Source: Lachnospiraceae bacterium
Lineage (GTDB): Bacteria; Bacillota; Clostridia; Lachnospirales; Lachnospiraceae
Direction: 5' to 3'
Assembly: GCA_017544285.1 (NCBI GenBank)
Contig: JAFYEL010000075.1
Coordinates: 2,616-66,615 of the forward strand
DNA: 64,000 nt
Numbering within the stretch: position 1 is the stretch's first letter; each line of letters begins with the position of its first letter. Both the position numbers and the translations under genes were made by a program. This document shows, piece by piece, positions 9,369 through 18,745 of the stretch. The notes under the pieces are model-generated. The model was not told the DNA's origin. It ran no database searches and saw only the letters and a program-made list of their open reading frames with translations.

Positions 9369-9734
9369 ATGGCAAATGTATTGATCGTTGACGATTCAAG
9401 GACCTCACGCAGGATACTGCGCGGGATCATAGAGGGGATGGGACATACCGTATGCGGTGAGGCCGTGAACGGAGAAGAGGGTGTCAGGCTTTACGAAGAG
9501 CTTCGTCCCGAGCTCGTGACCATGGACATCACAATGCCGGTGATGGACGGTCTCACATCCATGCAGAAGATCCACGAGATCGACAGGGCCGCAAAGGTGG
9601 TCATGGTGACGGCAGTGGGTCAGCGCAACAAAGTTGTGGAGTGCATCAAGGAGGGTGCCAGTGACTATGTCACCAAGCCCTATGAGGTATCCGATGTGGA
9701 GAAGGTCATAGAAAAGGTCCTCTCCAAAGAGTAA
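9369..9734 (+). CDS. Stand-alone CheY-like response regulator receiver
   Basis: 121 aa with LIVDDS acidic pair, phospho-acceptor in VTMDITMP, MVTAV Thr and VTKP Lys. No output domain. Confidence 0.9.
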   Translation: MANVLIVDDSRTSRRILRGIIEGMGHTVCGEAVNGEEGVRLYEELRPELVTMDITMPVMDGLTSMQKIHEIDRAAKVVMVTAVGQRNKVVECIKEGASDYVTKPYEVSDVEKVIEKVLSKE

Positions 9735-9744
9735 GAAAACAAAC

Positions 9745-9798
9745 CGCGGGGGTTTATCCCCCGCGATACAACCTGTGCGCCCGGTGCGCACTTTTTTT
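9745..9798 (+). terminator. Double hairpin; the second is a rho-independent terminator
   Basis: Hairpin 1: CGCGGGGG (9745..9752) / CCCCCGCG (9758..9765). Hairpin 2: GTGCGC (9775..9780) / GCGCAC (9786..9791), followed by seven T (9792..9798). Confidence 0.65.
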
Positions 9799-9804
9799 CG
9801 TAAT

Positions 9805-11376
9805 ATGAGAAAAAAACTCCTGGCACTTTTTTCATTCATACTGATACTTGCGGCTCTGAGGATGCTGTATTTATATCACAGCCGCATTTTTGCTGCAGTG
9901 CTCCCGGGAGTCACTGATGCGTCGAAGGTAGAGGGGATAGTTGTGCCTGCAGATGAAAACACCGGCATAGCCTGTGACATAAAAGGCTTTGCAAAGGACG
10001 GCAGGTATATCATCTTCCTCCCCGTGAGGGCGGATATCTCTTCTCTGGTGCTTTACCCCACGGACAGCGAAGGACACAGGCTTGAGCGCATAGTCCACGA
10101 CTTTTCAAAGGAGGAGCTTATCATAGCTGCAGCCCTTCCGGTTTCCGTCATGAAGTCGGACCTTCCCTGCGTCGAGGTTGAGTTTGTGAAAAACGGAGGA
10201 AGCCTTGAAGAGGTAGAGGATTCAAAGGACCACAGCGTTTATGCCTTCGGAAATCTCACCGTCACCTGCTCCGACGAGACGGCAGACAGCCTTGGATGCG
10301 ATCCCGTGGTAAAGAGCAGGGACAGAAACATGGGACAGAGAGGGAGCGTGGCCCTGAGGGGGCACGGAAACGCCTCATGGCTCCTTGATAAAAAATCCTA
10401 CAACCTGGAGCTTGAGGCGGGGAGCGATCTCTTGTCCATGGGCAGCGCCGAGAAGTGGATACTCCTGGCAAATTCGGTGGACAAAACTTTGATACGCAAC
10501 CGGGTGTTTTACCGACTGGCCGAGGACTGCGGTCTTAAATACACCCCCGAGGTCCGTCAGACGGATCTTTTCATAGACGGAGAGTACAGAGGCTGCTACA
10601 GCTTGGCCGAGGCGGTTGAGGCCGCGCCCGGAAGGATTGACATAGCGCCGGGGCGGGACTTTCTCTACCGTTGGGGACTGCCGGGGCCCGAGGCCCATCA
10701 GCTTCCCTTCATGATGTTCAGGGACGAGCTGACAAACGTGGTGGAGCTGAAAAGCCTGAAGGATGTCTCTTCCCAAAGGAAGGGTCTGGACATCGCCTTT
10801 GAGATGATGAACGCCATAAGGCGCACCGATGACGAGAGCTACCTGGATCTCATCGACCTTGAGAGCTGGGCCAGGTATTACTGGGTACAGGAATTTTCCA
10901 AAAACACCGACGCAACCTCCAGGAGTGTCTACACAATATGGCGTGAAGATACGGGAAGGATGGAGATGAGCCCCGTGTGGGACATGGACCAGACCGCCGG
11001 AGTGGTGGAGCCCTTTGAAAGGCCCGCGGATTACCTTTATCCCACGGAGTGGGCGGTAAGACATGAGGAGTGGTACGTACCCCTGTTTGAACATCCCTCC
11101 TTTGAAAATGAGGTAAAGAGGATATACTCCGAGGGTGGCATCGACCTTGCCTTTGACAGGTGTGCCGGCTATGTTTCCGAGGCGGCCGCGGAGGTGAAAA
11201 ACGGTGCGGTGATGAACTTCACCAGATGGGACGTGATGGGAGAGCCCGAGAACAACCAGATCGTAAGGTGGATGGGAGAATCCACACTTGATACACAGAC
11301 ACAGTGGCTTGAGATCTGGGTAGCCCAGCGCAGGGACTGGATAAAGGAGGAAATGGCAAATGAAACTCTTGAGTGA
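9805..11376 (+). CDS. CotH kinase family protein with N-terminal signal-anchor
   Basis: MRKKLLALFSFILILAAL anchor. 'KKSYNLELE', 'WILLANSVDKTLIRNRVFYRLAEDCGL', 'DLFIDGEYRGCYSL' and 'WVQEFSKNTDA' match CotH-family blocks. The alternative GTG start at 9775 would place the terminator hairpin inside the CDS. Confidence 0.75.
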   Translation: MRKKLLALFSFILILAALRMLYLYHSRIFAAVLPGVTDASKVEGIVVPADENTGIACDIKGFAKDGRYIIFLPVRADISSLVLYPTDSEGHRLERIVHDFSKEELIIAAALPVSVMKSDLPCVEVEFVKNGGSLEEVEDSKDHSVYAFGNLTVTCSDETADSLGCDPVVKSRDRNMGQRGSVALRGHGNASWLLDKKSYNLELEAGSDLLSMGSAEKWILLANSVDKTLIRNRVFYRLAEDCGLKYTPEVRQTDLFIDGEYRGCYSLAEAVEAAPGRIDIAPGRDFLYRWGLPGPEAHQLPFMMFRDELTNVVELKSLKDVSSQRKGLDIAFEMMNAIRRTDDESYLDLIDLESWARYYWVQEFSKNTDATSRSVYTIWREDTGRMEMSPVWDMDQTAGVVEPFERPADYLYPTEWAVRHEEWYVPLFEHPSFENEVKRIYSEGGIDLAFDRCAGYVSEAAAEVKNGAVMNFTRWDVMGEPENNQIVRWMGESTLDTQTQWLEIWVAQRRDWIKEEMANETLE

Positions 11377-12829
11377 GATGCTTAAGGATCTTAAGCATGA
11401 GGTGATAAAGGGAAGCGGGGATCCCCTGATCTCGGCTCTGGTATACGACAGCCGTAAGGTGGAAAAGGACTGTATCTTTGTGTGCATAGAGGGCATGAAT
11501 TTTGACGGCCACTCGGCCGCCGGCGAGGCAGCCCGTAAAGGCGCCGCAGCTCTCATCGTATCAAAGGATGTGGGAGAGATAGCCGGAGATACACGGGTCA
11601 TCAAAGTTGATGATACAAGGTATGCCCTTGCGGTGCTTTCCGCCGCCTGGTTTTCCAATCCCGCTGACAGCCTTGTGACCATAGGCGTCACCGGCACAAA
11701 GGGAAAGACAACCACCACCTACCTCATTAAATCCATACTGGAAAATTCCGGAAAAAAGGTGGGCCTTGTCGGAACCATCGAGACCATAATAGGTGATGAG
11801 CACATACCTTCAAAGAACACCACGCCCGAGTCCTACGTGCTTCAGGAGACCTTCAGGAAGATGGTGGACGCGGGGATCGAATGCGTGGTGATGGAGGCTT
11901 CCTCACAGGGCTTTAAGCTTCACCGCACCGCCGGCTTTGTATTTGACTACGGCATTTTCACAAACCTGGAAAGCGATCACATCGGTCCCGGAGAGCACGA
12001 GAGCTTCGAGGAGTATCTGGAGTGCAAGAGCATGCTCTTCAGACAGTGCAAAAAGGGTATCGTAAACGGAGACGACAAGCACACCCCCGATGTGATAAAG
12101 AACCATACCTGTGAGATCATGAGCTACGGAATGGGCGAAAGTTGCGACCTTCGCGCAACGGACCTTAAGTTCATAAACGGCGGAAGCTTTCTCGGGGTTG
12201 ACTTCCATGTGTCGGGGCTTCAGGAGTTTGACGCCCGCATCAGCATGCCCGGCCGTTTCTCGGTTTACAACGCAATGTGCGCCATCTCGCTCTGCCTCAA
12301 TTTCGGAGTGGACAGGGATGTGATGTTAAAGGCTCTGGACAGCGCCAAGGTGAAGGGCCGAATAGAGTTTGTAAAGGTTTCCGACGACTATTCCCTGATG
12401 ATAGACTACGCTCACAATGCCATGGCTCTTGAGAGCCTCTTAAAGACCCTTAAGGCCTATGAGGTCGGACGTCTGGTCTGCCTCTTCGGCTGCGGAGGAA
12501 ACAGGTCAAAGGAGAGGCGCTACGAGATGGGAGAGGTTTCCGGAAAGCTTGCGGATCTCACCGTTATCACCTCCGACAATCCCAGGTTCGAAGAACCCCA
12601 GGATATAATCAACGACATTAAGACCGGCATATCGAAGACCGACGGAAAATACGTTGAGATCTGCGACCGCCGTGAAGCCATAAAGTACGTCATAGAAAAC
12701 GGACAGAAGGGTGATGTCATCGTGCTGGCCGGAAAGGGCCACGAGGACTATCAGGAGATCCGCGGTGAAAAGCATCACATGGATGAGAGAGAGCTCATTG
12801 CCGATGTGATGAAGGAGCTTGGCAGGTAG
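11360..12829 (+). CDS. murE: UDP-N-acetylmuramoyl-L-alanyl-D-glutamate--2,6-diaminopimelate ligase
   Basis: P-loop GVTGTKGKTTTTY, 'MEASSQG', 'DYAHNAMALESLL' and 'DNPRFEEP' (the DNPR motif indicates meso-DAP type). The start overlaps the cotH stop by 17 nt. Confidence 0.95.
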   Translation: MKLLSEMLKDLKHEVIKGSGDPLISALVYDSRKVEKDCIFVCIEGMNFDGHSAAGEAARKGAAALIVSKDVGEIAGDTRVIKVDDTRYALAVLSAAWFSNPADSLVTIGVTGTKGKTTTTYLIKSILENSGKKVGLVGTIETIIGDEHIPSKNTTPESYVLQETFRKMVDAGIECVVMEASSQGFKLHRTAGFVFDYGIFTNLESDHIGPGEHESFEEYLECKSMLFRQCKKGIVNGDDKHTPDVIKNHTCEIMSYGMGESCDLRATDLKFINGGSFLGVDFHVSGLQEFDARISMPGRFSVYNAMCAISLCLNFGVDRDVMLKALDSAKVKGRIEFVKVSDDYSLMIDYAHNAMALESLLKTLKAYEVGRLVCLFGCGGNRSKERRYEMGEVSGKLADLTVITSDNPRFEEPQDIINDIKTGISKTDGKYVEICDRREAIKYVIENGQKGDVIVLAGKGHEDYQEIRGEKHHMDERELIADVMKELGR

Positions 12830-12830
12830 T

Positions 12831-14849
12831 ATGTCCCTTTTTGCAGATGTGATAATCGATATCACCGCACCCTCCCTGGACCGCAGCTTTCAGTATGCGG
12901 TTCCCGCCGATCTGGAGAGTCGTATCAGGGTCGGGAGCATGGTGAGCCTTCCCTTCGGGAACCGGGACGCCGAAAAAAAAGGGTATGTCATCTCTTTGTC
13001 CCGCAGGCCGAAGATCGACCCCTCAAGAATAAAGGAGATAGGCGCCATCGTCACCGACGATTCCACCGTGGAACCTGAGCTGGTGAAGCTTGCCGCATGG
13101 ATGGCAAGAAACTACGGTTCCACCATGGCAGCCGCCCTCAGGGTGGTCTTTCCCGTAAAGAGAAAGATAAAGTCAAGGACTCCCGAAGAGGAAGAGGTGA
13201 TAACCGATCTTCCGGAGGTGACTCTGAGTGCGGAACAGCTTGCCGCATCGGAAGGCGTGATCAGGGATTTCGATGCCGGTGAAGGGGGAGTTTCCCTCAT
13301 AAAGGGCATAACCGGCTCAGGCAAGACAGAGGTCTACATAGATATCGCAAGGCAGATAGTTGAAAGAGGGCATCAGGTGATAGTCCTGATCCCGGAGATC
13401 GCCCTCACCTACCAGACGGTCATGAGGTTCAAGGCAAGGTTTGGAGACAGGGTATCCACCATTCACTCCAGGCTTTCGGCCGGGGAGAGGTATGACAGAT
13501 TTGCCATGGCCCAGCGGGGAGAGATAGATGTTATGATCGGACCCCGGTCCGCTCTTTTCACTCCCTTTCCCAAGCTTGGGGCCATCATTATAGACGAGGA
13601 ACACGAGAGCAGCTACAAGTCAGAGCAGACGCCCAAATATCACGCCAGAGAGACCGCCATCTACCGGGCGGCCATGTGCAAGGCAGTGGTGGTGCTGGGA
13701 TCGGCCACTCCCTCGGTGGATTCCTACTACAGGGCAAAGAAGGGCCGCTACAGACTTTACGAACTGAATTCCAGGGCCACGGGAGCTAAGCTGGCCGAGG
13801 TCCGCATAGTGGATCTTCGCGCCGAGCTTATGAGGGGCAACCGCTCACCCATCAGTGATGAGCTCAGGGAGTCCATTGAGGACAGGCTCAAGAAAAAAGA
13901 GCAGGTAATGCTCTTTTTGAACCGCAGGGGTTACGCAGGCTTTGTCTCCTGCAGAAGCTGCGGCTATGTTTTCAAATGTCCCCACTGCGATGTGTCACGC
14001 ACCATCCACACCAGAGACGGGAAAACCAGACTTGTGTGTCATTACTGCGGATACTCAGAACCCTTTAAAAAGATCTGTCCCTCCTGCGGCTCCAAATTCG
14101 TGGGTGCCATGAAGGCGGGGACCCAGGCCATCGAAACCGTTGTAAGGCAGATGTTCCCCGCGGCAAAGGTTTCCAGGATGGACTGGGATACCACCAGGGG
14201 AAAGAAGGGGCACGAGCACATCCTTTCGGATTTTGCCGCCGGCAAAACGGACATACTCATTGGTACACAGATGATAGTAAAGGGCCATGATTTTCCCAAA
14301 GTAACCCTGGTGGGGATACTTGCAGCGGACATGTCTCTTTTTGCTCCTGATTACAGGGCGGGAGAGAGGACATTCTCACTGCTGACACAGGCAGCGGGCA
14401 GAGCCGGAAGAGCAGATAAACCGGGACTTGTGATCATACAGACCTACAACCCGGAAAACCCTTATATCATTTCAAGCGCAGACCAGGATTACGAAAGCTT
14501 TTACAGACAGGAGATGGCTTTCAGGAGCCTCCTTTCCTATCCCCCCGCATCACATATGCTGGTGGCCCTTTTCGAAGGAAAAAATGAAGAGGAGGTCAGC
14601 GTCGCCGCGGACCGTGCCGGAAGCTTTGCAACGGACCGTGCAAGGCAGCTCTTTGAAGCCGATAAGATGCTCCAGGTCATAGGCCCCGCACCCGCGGGTA
14701 TATCCTGTATCAGGGATGTCTACAGGTATGTGCTCTATCTTAAATGCGACGACTACGGATGTCTGGTTGAGATGAAGAACAGGATAGAGGAAATGCCCCT
14801 GGAGAGAGTTACCGTACAGTTTGACTTTGATCCCGTCAGTGGGTATTGA
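12831..14849 (+). CDS. priA: Primosomal replication protein N' (PriA helicase)
   Basis: GITGSGKTEVY Walker A, IIIDEEHESSYK, and the Cys-rich zinc region CRSCGYVFKCPHCD...CHYCGY...CPSCGS. The ATG at 12831 gives MSLFADVII...; the track start at 12819 overlaps the murE stop. Confidence 0.95.
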   Translation: MSLFADVIIDITAPSLDRSFQYAVPADLESRIRVGSMVSLPFGNRDAEKKGYVISLSRRPKIDPSRIKEIGAIVTDDSTVEPELVKLAAWMARNYGSTMAAALRVVFPVKRKIKSRTPEEEEVITDLPEVTLSAEQLAASEGVIRDFDAGEGGVSLIKGITGSGKTEVYIDIARQIVERGHQVIVLIPEIALTYQTVMRFKARFGDRVSTIHSRLSAGERYDRFAMAQRGEIDVMIGPRSALFTPFPKLGAIIIDEEHESSYKSEQTPKYHARETAIYRAAMCKAVVVLGSATPSVDSYYRAKKGRYRLYELNSRATGAKLAEVRIVDLRAELMRGNRSPISDELRESIEDRLKKKEQVMLFLNRRGYAGFVSCRSCGYVFKCPHCDVSRTIHTRDGKTRLVCHYCGYSEPFKKICPSCGSKFVGAMKAGTQAIETVVRQMFPAAKVSRMDWDTTRGKKGHEHILSDFAAGKTDILIGTQMIVKGHDFPKVTLVGILAADMSLFAPDYRAGERTFSLLTQAAGRAGRADKPGLVIIQTYNPENPYIISSADQDYESFYRQEMAFRSLLSYPPASHMLVALFEGKNEEEVSVAADRAGSFATDRARQLFEADKMLQVIGPAPAGISCIRDVYRYVLYLKCDDYGCLVEMKNRIEEMPLERVTVQFDFDPVSGY

Positions 14850-14857
14850 GACCGGAT

Positions 14858-14886
14858 TTGATTTTTGAGGGTATTCTTGGTAATAT
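14858..14886 (+). promoter_or_regulatory. Promoter candidate upstream of def-fmt-rsmB-rlmN
   Basis: TTGATT (14858..14863), 17-nt spacer, TAATAT (14881..14886). Confidence 0.4.
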
Positions 14887-14919
14887 AAAGAGTGCGGCAA
14901 ATTTGAAACGGAGAAAAAT

Positions 14920-15408
14920 ATGGCAATAAGAATCATCAGAGAAATAGGCGACGAAATACTCACAAAGCAGAGCCGTGAAGTGACAGAGCTTACGGACAGA
15001 GTATCACAGCTCATAGACGACATGCTCGAGACCATGCACGATGCCGGCGGAGTCGGCCTTGCGGCACCCCAGGTGGGAGTTCTCAAGAGAGTGGTGGTCA
15101 TAGACGTATCCGGAGAGGATGAGGAACCGAATCCCATAATCATGATCAATCCCCGCATCACCGCTTCCTCAGGGGAGCAGACCGGCGACGAGGGCTGTCT
15201 TTCGGTGCCCGGCAAGGTCGGCACGGTCACCAGACCGGATTTTGTGAAAGCGGTATACCTTGACCGTGATATGAAGCCCTGCGAGATAGAGGCCACCGAG
15301 CTTCTTGCCAGAGCTATCTGCCACGAGCTTGATCACCTGGACGGCCACCTCTATGTGGAAAAGGCCGAGGGAGATCTGAGGGACACACGCACGGAAGAGG
15401 AAGAGTAA
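14920..15408 (+). CDS. def: Peptide deformylase
   Basis: The three PDF motifs: GVGLAAPQVG, EGCLSVPG, HELDHLDG. Confidence 0.95.
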   Translation: MAIRIIREIGDEILTKQSREVTELTDRVSQLIDDMLETMHDAGGVGLAAPQVGVLKRVVVIDVSGEDEEPNPIIMINPRITASSGEQTGDEGCLSVPGKVGTVTRPDFVKAVYLDRDMKPCEIEATELLARAICHELDHLDGHLYVEKAEGDLRDTRTEEEE

Positions 15409-15411
15409 AAT

Positions 15412-16359
15412 ATGAAGATAGTGTTCATGGGAACTCCGGAGTTCGCTTCGGTTTCCCTTAAAAAACTTATAGAGGACGGTCACGAGATCGTGCTTGCAGT
15501 TACCCAGCCCGACAGGGAAAAGGGCAGGGGTAAAAAGATCCAGGCTTCCCCGGTAAAGGAGCTGGCAGTCGCAGAAGGCATACCCGTTTTCCAGCTCGCA
15601 CGCATCAAGGACGCCGAGGCGGTGGAGGAGCTTAAAAAATACGATGCAGACATTTTCGTGGTAGCGGCCTTCGGACAGATACTGAGCCGCGACGTACTGG
15701 ACATACCGAAGTACGGCTGCATAAACGTACATGCATCCCTGCTTCCCAGATACAGGGGCGCATCCCCCATCCAGTGGGCCATCCTCGACGGTGAAGAGAT
15801 CACCGGAGTTTCCATCATGCAGATGGACGAGGGTCTTGACACCGGAGATGTTCTTGGATCCTCGGCAGTATCCATAACCGCCGATGACACCGGAGCCTCA
15901 CTTCACGAAAAACTGGCAGAGGAGGGCTCGGCCCTTCTTCTGAAGGTGCTTAAGCAGATAGAGGACGGCACCGTGGTCCGCACTCCCCAGTCCGACGAGG
16001 ACAGCTGCTATGCGGGCCTCATCAGAAAAGATATGGGCAGGCTGGATTTCACAAAGAGCGCCCGTCAGCTTGACCGGATGATCCGTGCCTTCAATCCCTG
16101 GCCCGGAGCCTATACCACCCTGAACGGCCGCATCCTTAAGATCTGGAACGCGGAGCCTGTGGAGGCCCATGAGGTTGCATCCCAGGACAGGTCTTCTGCC
16201 TGCGGTACCATAATCGCCGTTGCTCCCGACAGCTTTGACATACTCACCGGTGACGGAGCGCTGCGTGTCTTCCAGCTTCAGAGCGAGGGCAAGAAGCGCA
16301 TGTGCACCGCTGATTTTCTGAGGGGATACAAGCTTGAAAAAAACACAGTCTGCATCTGA
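15412..16359 (+). CDS. fmt: Methionyl-tRNA formyltransferase
   Basis: 'IVFMGTPEFA', 'NVHASLLPRYRGASPIQWAI', and a C-terminal Fmt_C-type domain. Confidence 0.95.
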   Translation: MKIVFMGTPEFASVSLKKLIEDGHEIVLAVTQPDREKGRGKKIQASPVKELAVAEGIPVFQLARIKDAEAVEELKKYDADIFVVAAFGQILSRDVLDIPKYGCINVHASLLPRYRGASPIQWAILDGEEITGVSIMQMDEGLDTGDVLGSSAVSITADDTGASLHEKLAEEGSALLLKVLKQIEDGTVVRTPQSDEDSCYAGLIRKDMGRLDFTKSARQLDRMIRAFNPWPGAYTTLNGRILKIWNAEPVEAHEVASQDRSSACGTIIAVAPDSFDILTGDGALRVFQLQSEGKKRMCTADFLRGYKLEKNTVCI

Positions 16360-17668
16360 TATAAACGAAAGAGAAGCGGCCCTGGATATTCTGATGTCCG
16401 GGGACGTTTTTTTGAATGAAGCCATCGACGCTTTTTTCGAAAAGCATCCCGGCATAGACAAGAGGAGCCGGGCCTTTATCGAGGCACTCTGCGTGGGAGT
16501 AACCGAGCGCAGGCTCACCCTCGATCACATCATTTCAGGATTCTCAACCGTAAAGCTGAAGAAAATGAAGCCCGTGGTACTCTGGGCGCTGAGGCTGGGA
16601 GTTTACCAGCTCAAGTACATGGACTTGGTTCCACCAAGCGCCGCGGTGAACGAGAGCGTTAAGCTGGTGAAAAAAAGAGGGCTTGCGGGGCTTTCCGGAT
16701 TTGTAAACGCCATCTTAAGAAAGGTGTCAGCCTCGGACGTAGATGCCGGGTTTGATGGTGATCTTTCACTCAGGTATTCAACGCCGGAATGGATCGCGGA
16801 TCTTTTTGTAAAAACCTATGGTGAAGAGATGGCAGAAAAAATGCTCTCCGCATCTCTTGAGAAGGCTCCCCTTACAGCCAGGGTATGCCCGGGGGTAAAT
16901 GTCACCGCTCTGGCGGAAGAGCTTGCTTCGGAAGGGGCAAAAGCACACCCCTTTGAGTGCATGGAAGGCGTGATCTTCATCGACTCCCTATCATCCCTGA
17001 ATACCTGCACAGCTTTTCTTGAGGGGCGCTTTACAATACAGGATGTCTCATCCCAGCTGGTGGGGTATATCGCTTCACATATTTCCGCGAAAACTGTGCT
17101 GGACATCTGTGCCGCTCCGGGAGGCAAGGCCCTTCACGCAGCGCAGGTCCTTGAGGGATCTCATGTGCTGGCCAGGGATATCTCCGAAAAGAAGCTGTCC
17201 CGCATCCGTGAAAATGCAAAGCGTTTGGGATGCGAAAACATCACTCTCGAAAAGTTCGACGCCACGGTCTTTGATGAAAAGTCCGCGGACGCCTTCGATC
17301 TCGTGATAGCGGATCTTCCCTGCTCGGGACTTGGGGTCATGGGCAGGAAGTGCGATCTGAAATACAGAGTTTCCCCCGAAGACATTGAAAGCCTTGCCGC
17401 TCTTCAGAAGACCATCCTTGAAAATGCGGCCCGGTATGTGAAGGCCGGGGGATACATCCTATATTCGACCTGCACTGTAACCGAGGCTGAGAATGTAAAA
17501 CAGGTGGAGAACTTTTTGAAGGAGCACTCCTTTGAGAGCGTTCCCATTGATGATAAGCTTCCCGAGGTATTCAGGCATGAGAGCGCCGCTTCGGGATATG
17601 TGCAGCTTCTTCAGGGAGTGGATCCCTGCGATGGATTTTTTATTGCCCTTATGAAGAGGCTTTCCTAA
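16334..17668 (+). CDS. rsmB: 16S rRNA (cytosine967-C5)-methyltransferase RsmB
   Basis: NusB-like N-domain, SAM motif DICAAPGGKA, and catalytic DLPCSGLGV and YSTCT motifs. The TTG start is uncertain. Confidence 0.88.
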   Translation: MKKTQSASDINEREAALDILMSGDVFLNEAIDAFFEKHPGIDKRSRAFIEALCVGVTERRLTLDHIISGFSTVKLKKMKPVVLWALRLGVYQLKYMDLVPPSAAVNESVKLVKKRGLAGLSGFVNAILRKVSASDVDAGFDGDLSLRYSTPEWIADLFVKTYGEEMAEKMLSASLEKAPLTARVCPGVNVTALAEELASEGAKAHPFECMEGVIFIDSLSSLNTCTAFLEGRFTIQDVSSQLVGYIASHISAKTVLDICAAPGGKALHAAQVLEGSHVLARDISEKKLSRIRENAKRLGCENITLEKFDATVFDEKSADAFDLVIADLPCSGLGVMGRKCDLKYRVSPEDIESLAALQKTILENAARYVKAGGYILYSTCTVTEAENVKQVENFLKEHSFESVPIDDKLPEVFRHESAASGYVQLLQGVDPCDGFFIALMKRLS

Positions 17669-17679
17669 AGAGGTTATAA

Positions 17680-18705
17680 ATGACAGACATCAGGTCCATG
17701 TATAAAACCGAATTAAAGGAGCTTATGGAGCGGTTGGGGCAGAAGAGCTTCAGGGCGGGGCAGATCTTTAAGTGGCTCCATGCTTCCATGGCGGATTCCT
17801 ACGAGGAGATGACGGATCTTTCCAAGGCTCTGAGAAGTGAGATGGCTGAAAAATTTCCAATCTATGGTGCGAGGTGTGTCACCCATCTTAAGTCATCGAT
17901 TGACGGTACCGAAAAGTTCCTCTTTGCACTCCATGACGACAATGTTATCGAGAGCGTGCTCATGAGGTACAATCACGGAAACTCGGTGTGCATTTCATCC
18001 CAGGTCGGGTGCAGGATGGGATGTGCATTCTGCGCCTCGACTCTTGAGGGCTGTGTGCGGGACCTTTCCGCCTCGGAGATGCTTGCCCAGGTATATTCCA
18101 TACAGAAGATATCCGGGGAGAGGGTTTCCAACGTGGTGGTCATGGGAAGCGGAGAACCTCTGGATAACTACGACAACCTCATTCGTTTCATAAAACTTTT
18201 ATCCGATCCCGACGGCCTCAATATAAGCCGCCGCAGCATTACTGTTTCAACCTGCGGACTTGTTCCGAAGATCATTGAACTGGCTGATGAAGAGCTTGCC
18301 ATCACCCTTGCTGTTTCGCTCCATGCGCCCAATGATGAGAAGAGGAAGGCGTTGATGCCTGTTGCAAAGAAGTATTCGATGGATGAGTTGCTTTCATCCT
18401 GCAGGTACTACTTCGAAAAGACGGGCAGGAGAGTGACCTTTGAGTATGCACTTGTCGAAGGGGCCAATGATTCCCGGGAGGATGCGAAAGAACTTGCGAA
18501 GCGTTTGTCGGGGATGAATTGTCATGTGAATCTTATTCCGGTGAATCCGGTGGAGGAGCGGGATTGTAAGAGGCCGGCGGCGGAGGCATGCAGAGCGTTT
18601 GCGGGGGCTCTCGACAAATATGGAGTGAATGCTACGGTCCGCAGAGAGCTTGGTTCCGATATTTCCGCATCATGTGGACAGCTCCGGAGGAGTTATCTGA
18701 ACTGA
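17680..18705 (+). CDS. rlmN: 23S rRNA (adenine2503-C2)-methyltransferase RlmN (radical SAM)
   Basis: 'FRAGQIFKWL', CRMGCAFCAS cluster motif, 'GSGEPLDN', and the C-terminal 'DISASCGQL' catalytic Cys. Confidence 0.95.
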   Translation: MTDIRSMYKTELKELMERLGQKSFRAGQIFKWLHASMADSYEEMTDLSKALRSEMAEKFPIYGARCVTHLKSSIDGTEKFLFALHDDNVIESVLMRYNHGNSVCISSQVGCRMGCAFCASTLEGCVRDLSASEMLAQVYSIQKISGERVSNVVVMGSGEPLDNYDNLIRFIKLLSDPDGLNISRRSITVSTCGLVPKIIELADEELAITLAVSLHAPNDEKRKALMPVAKKYSMDELLSSCRYYFEKTGRRVTFEYALVEGANDSREDAKELAKRLSGMNCHVNLIPVNPVEERDCKRPAAEACRAFAGALDKYGVNATVRRELGSDISASCGQLRRSYLN

Positions 18706-18745
18706 CTGTTCGCTCGTCGATCCAACGAAGTTTGCCGGGCCTACC

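Noticed and set aside
10375-11718. 447-aa minus-strand ORF spanning the cotH/murE junction
   Set aside because: It is antisense to two confidently recognised genes (CotH blocks; the murE P-loop and DNPR motifs). Its composition is Pro/Gly/Arg/His-rich, typical of a shadow ORF in GC-rich coding DNA, and it has no recognisable motif.
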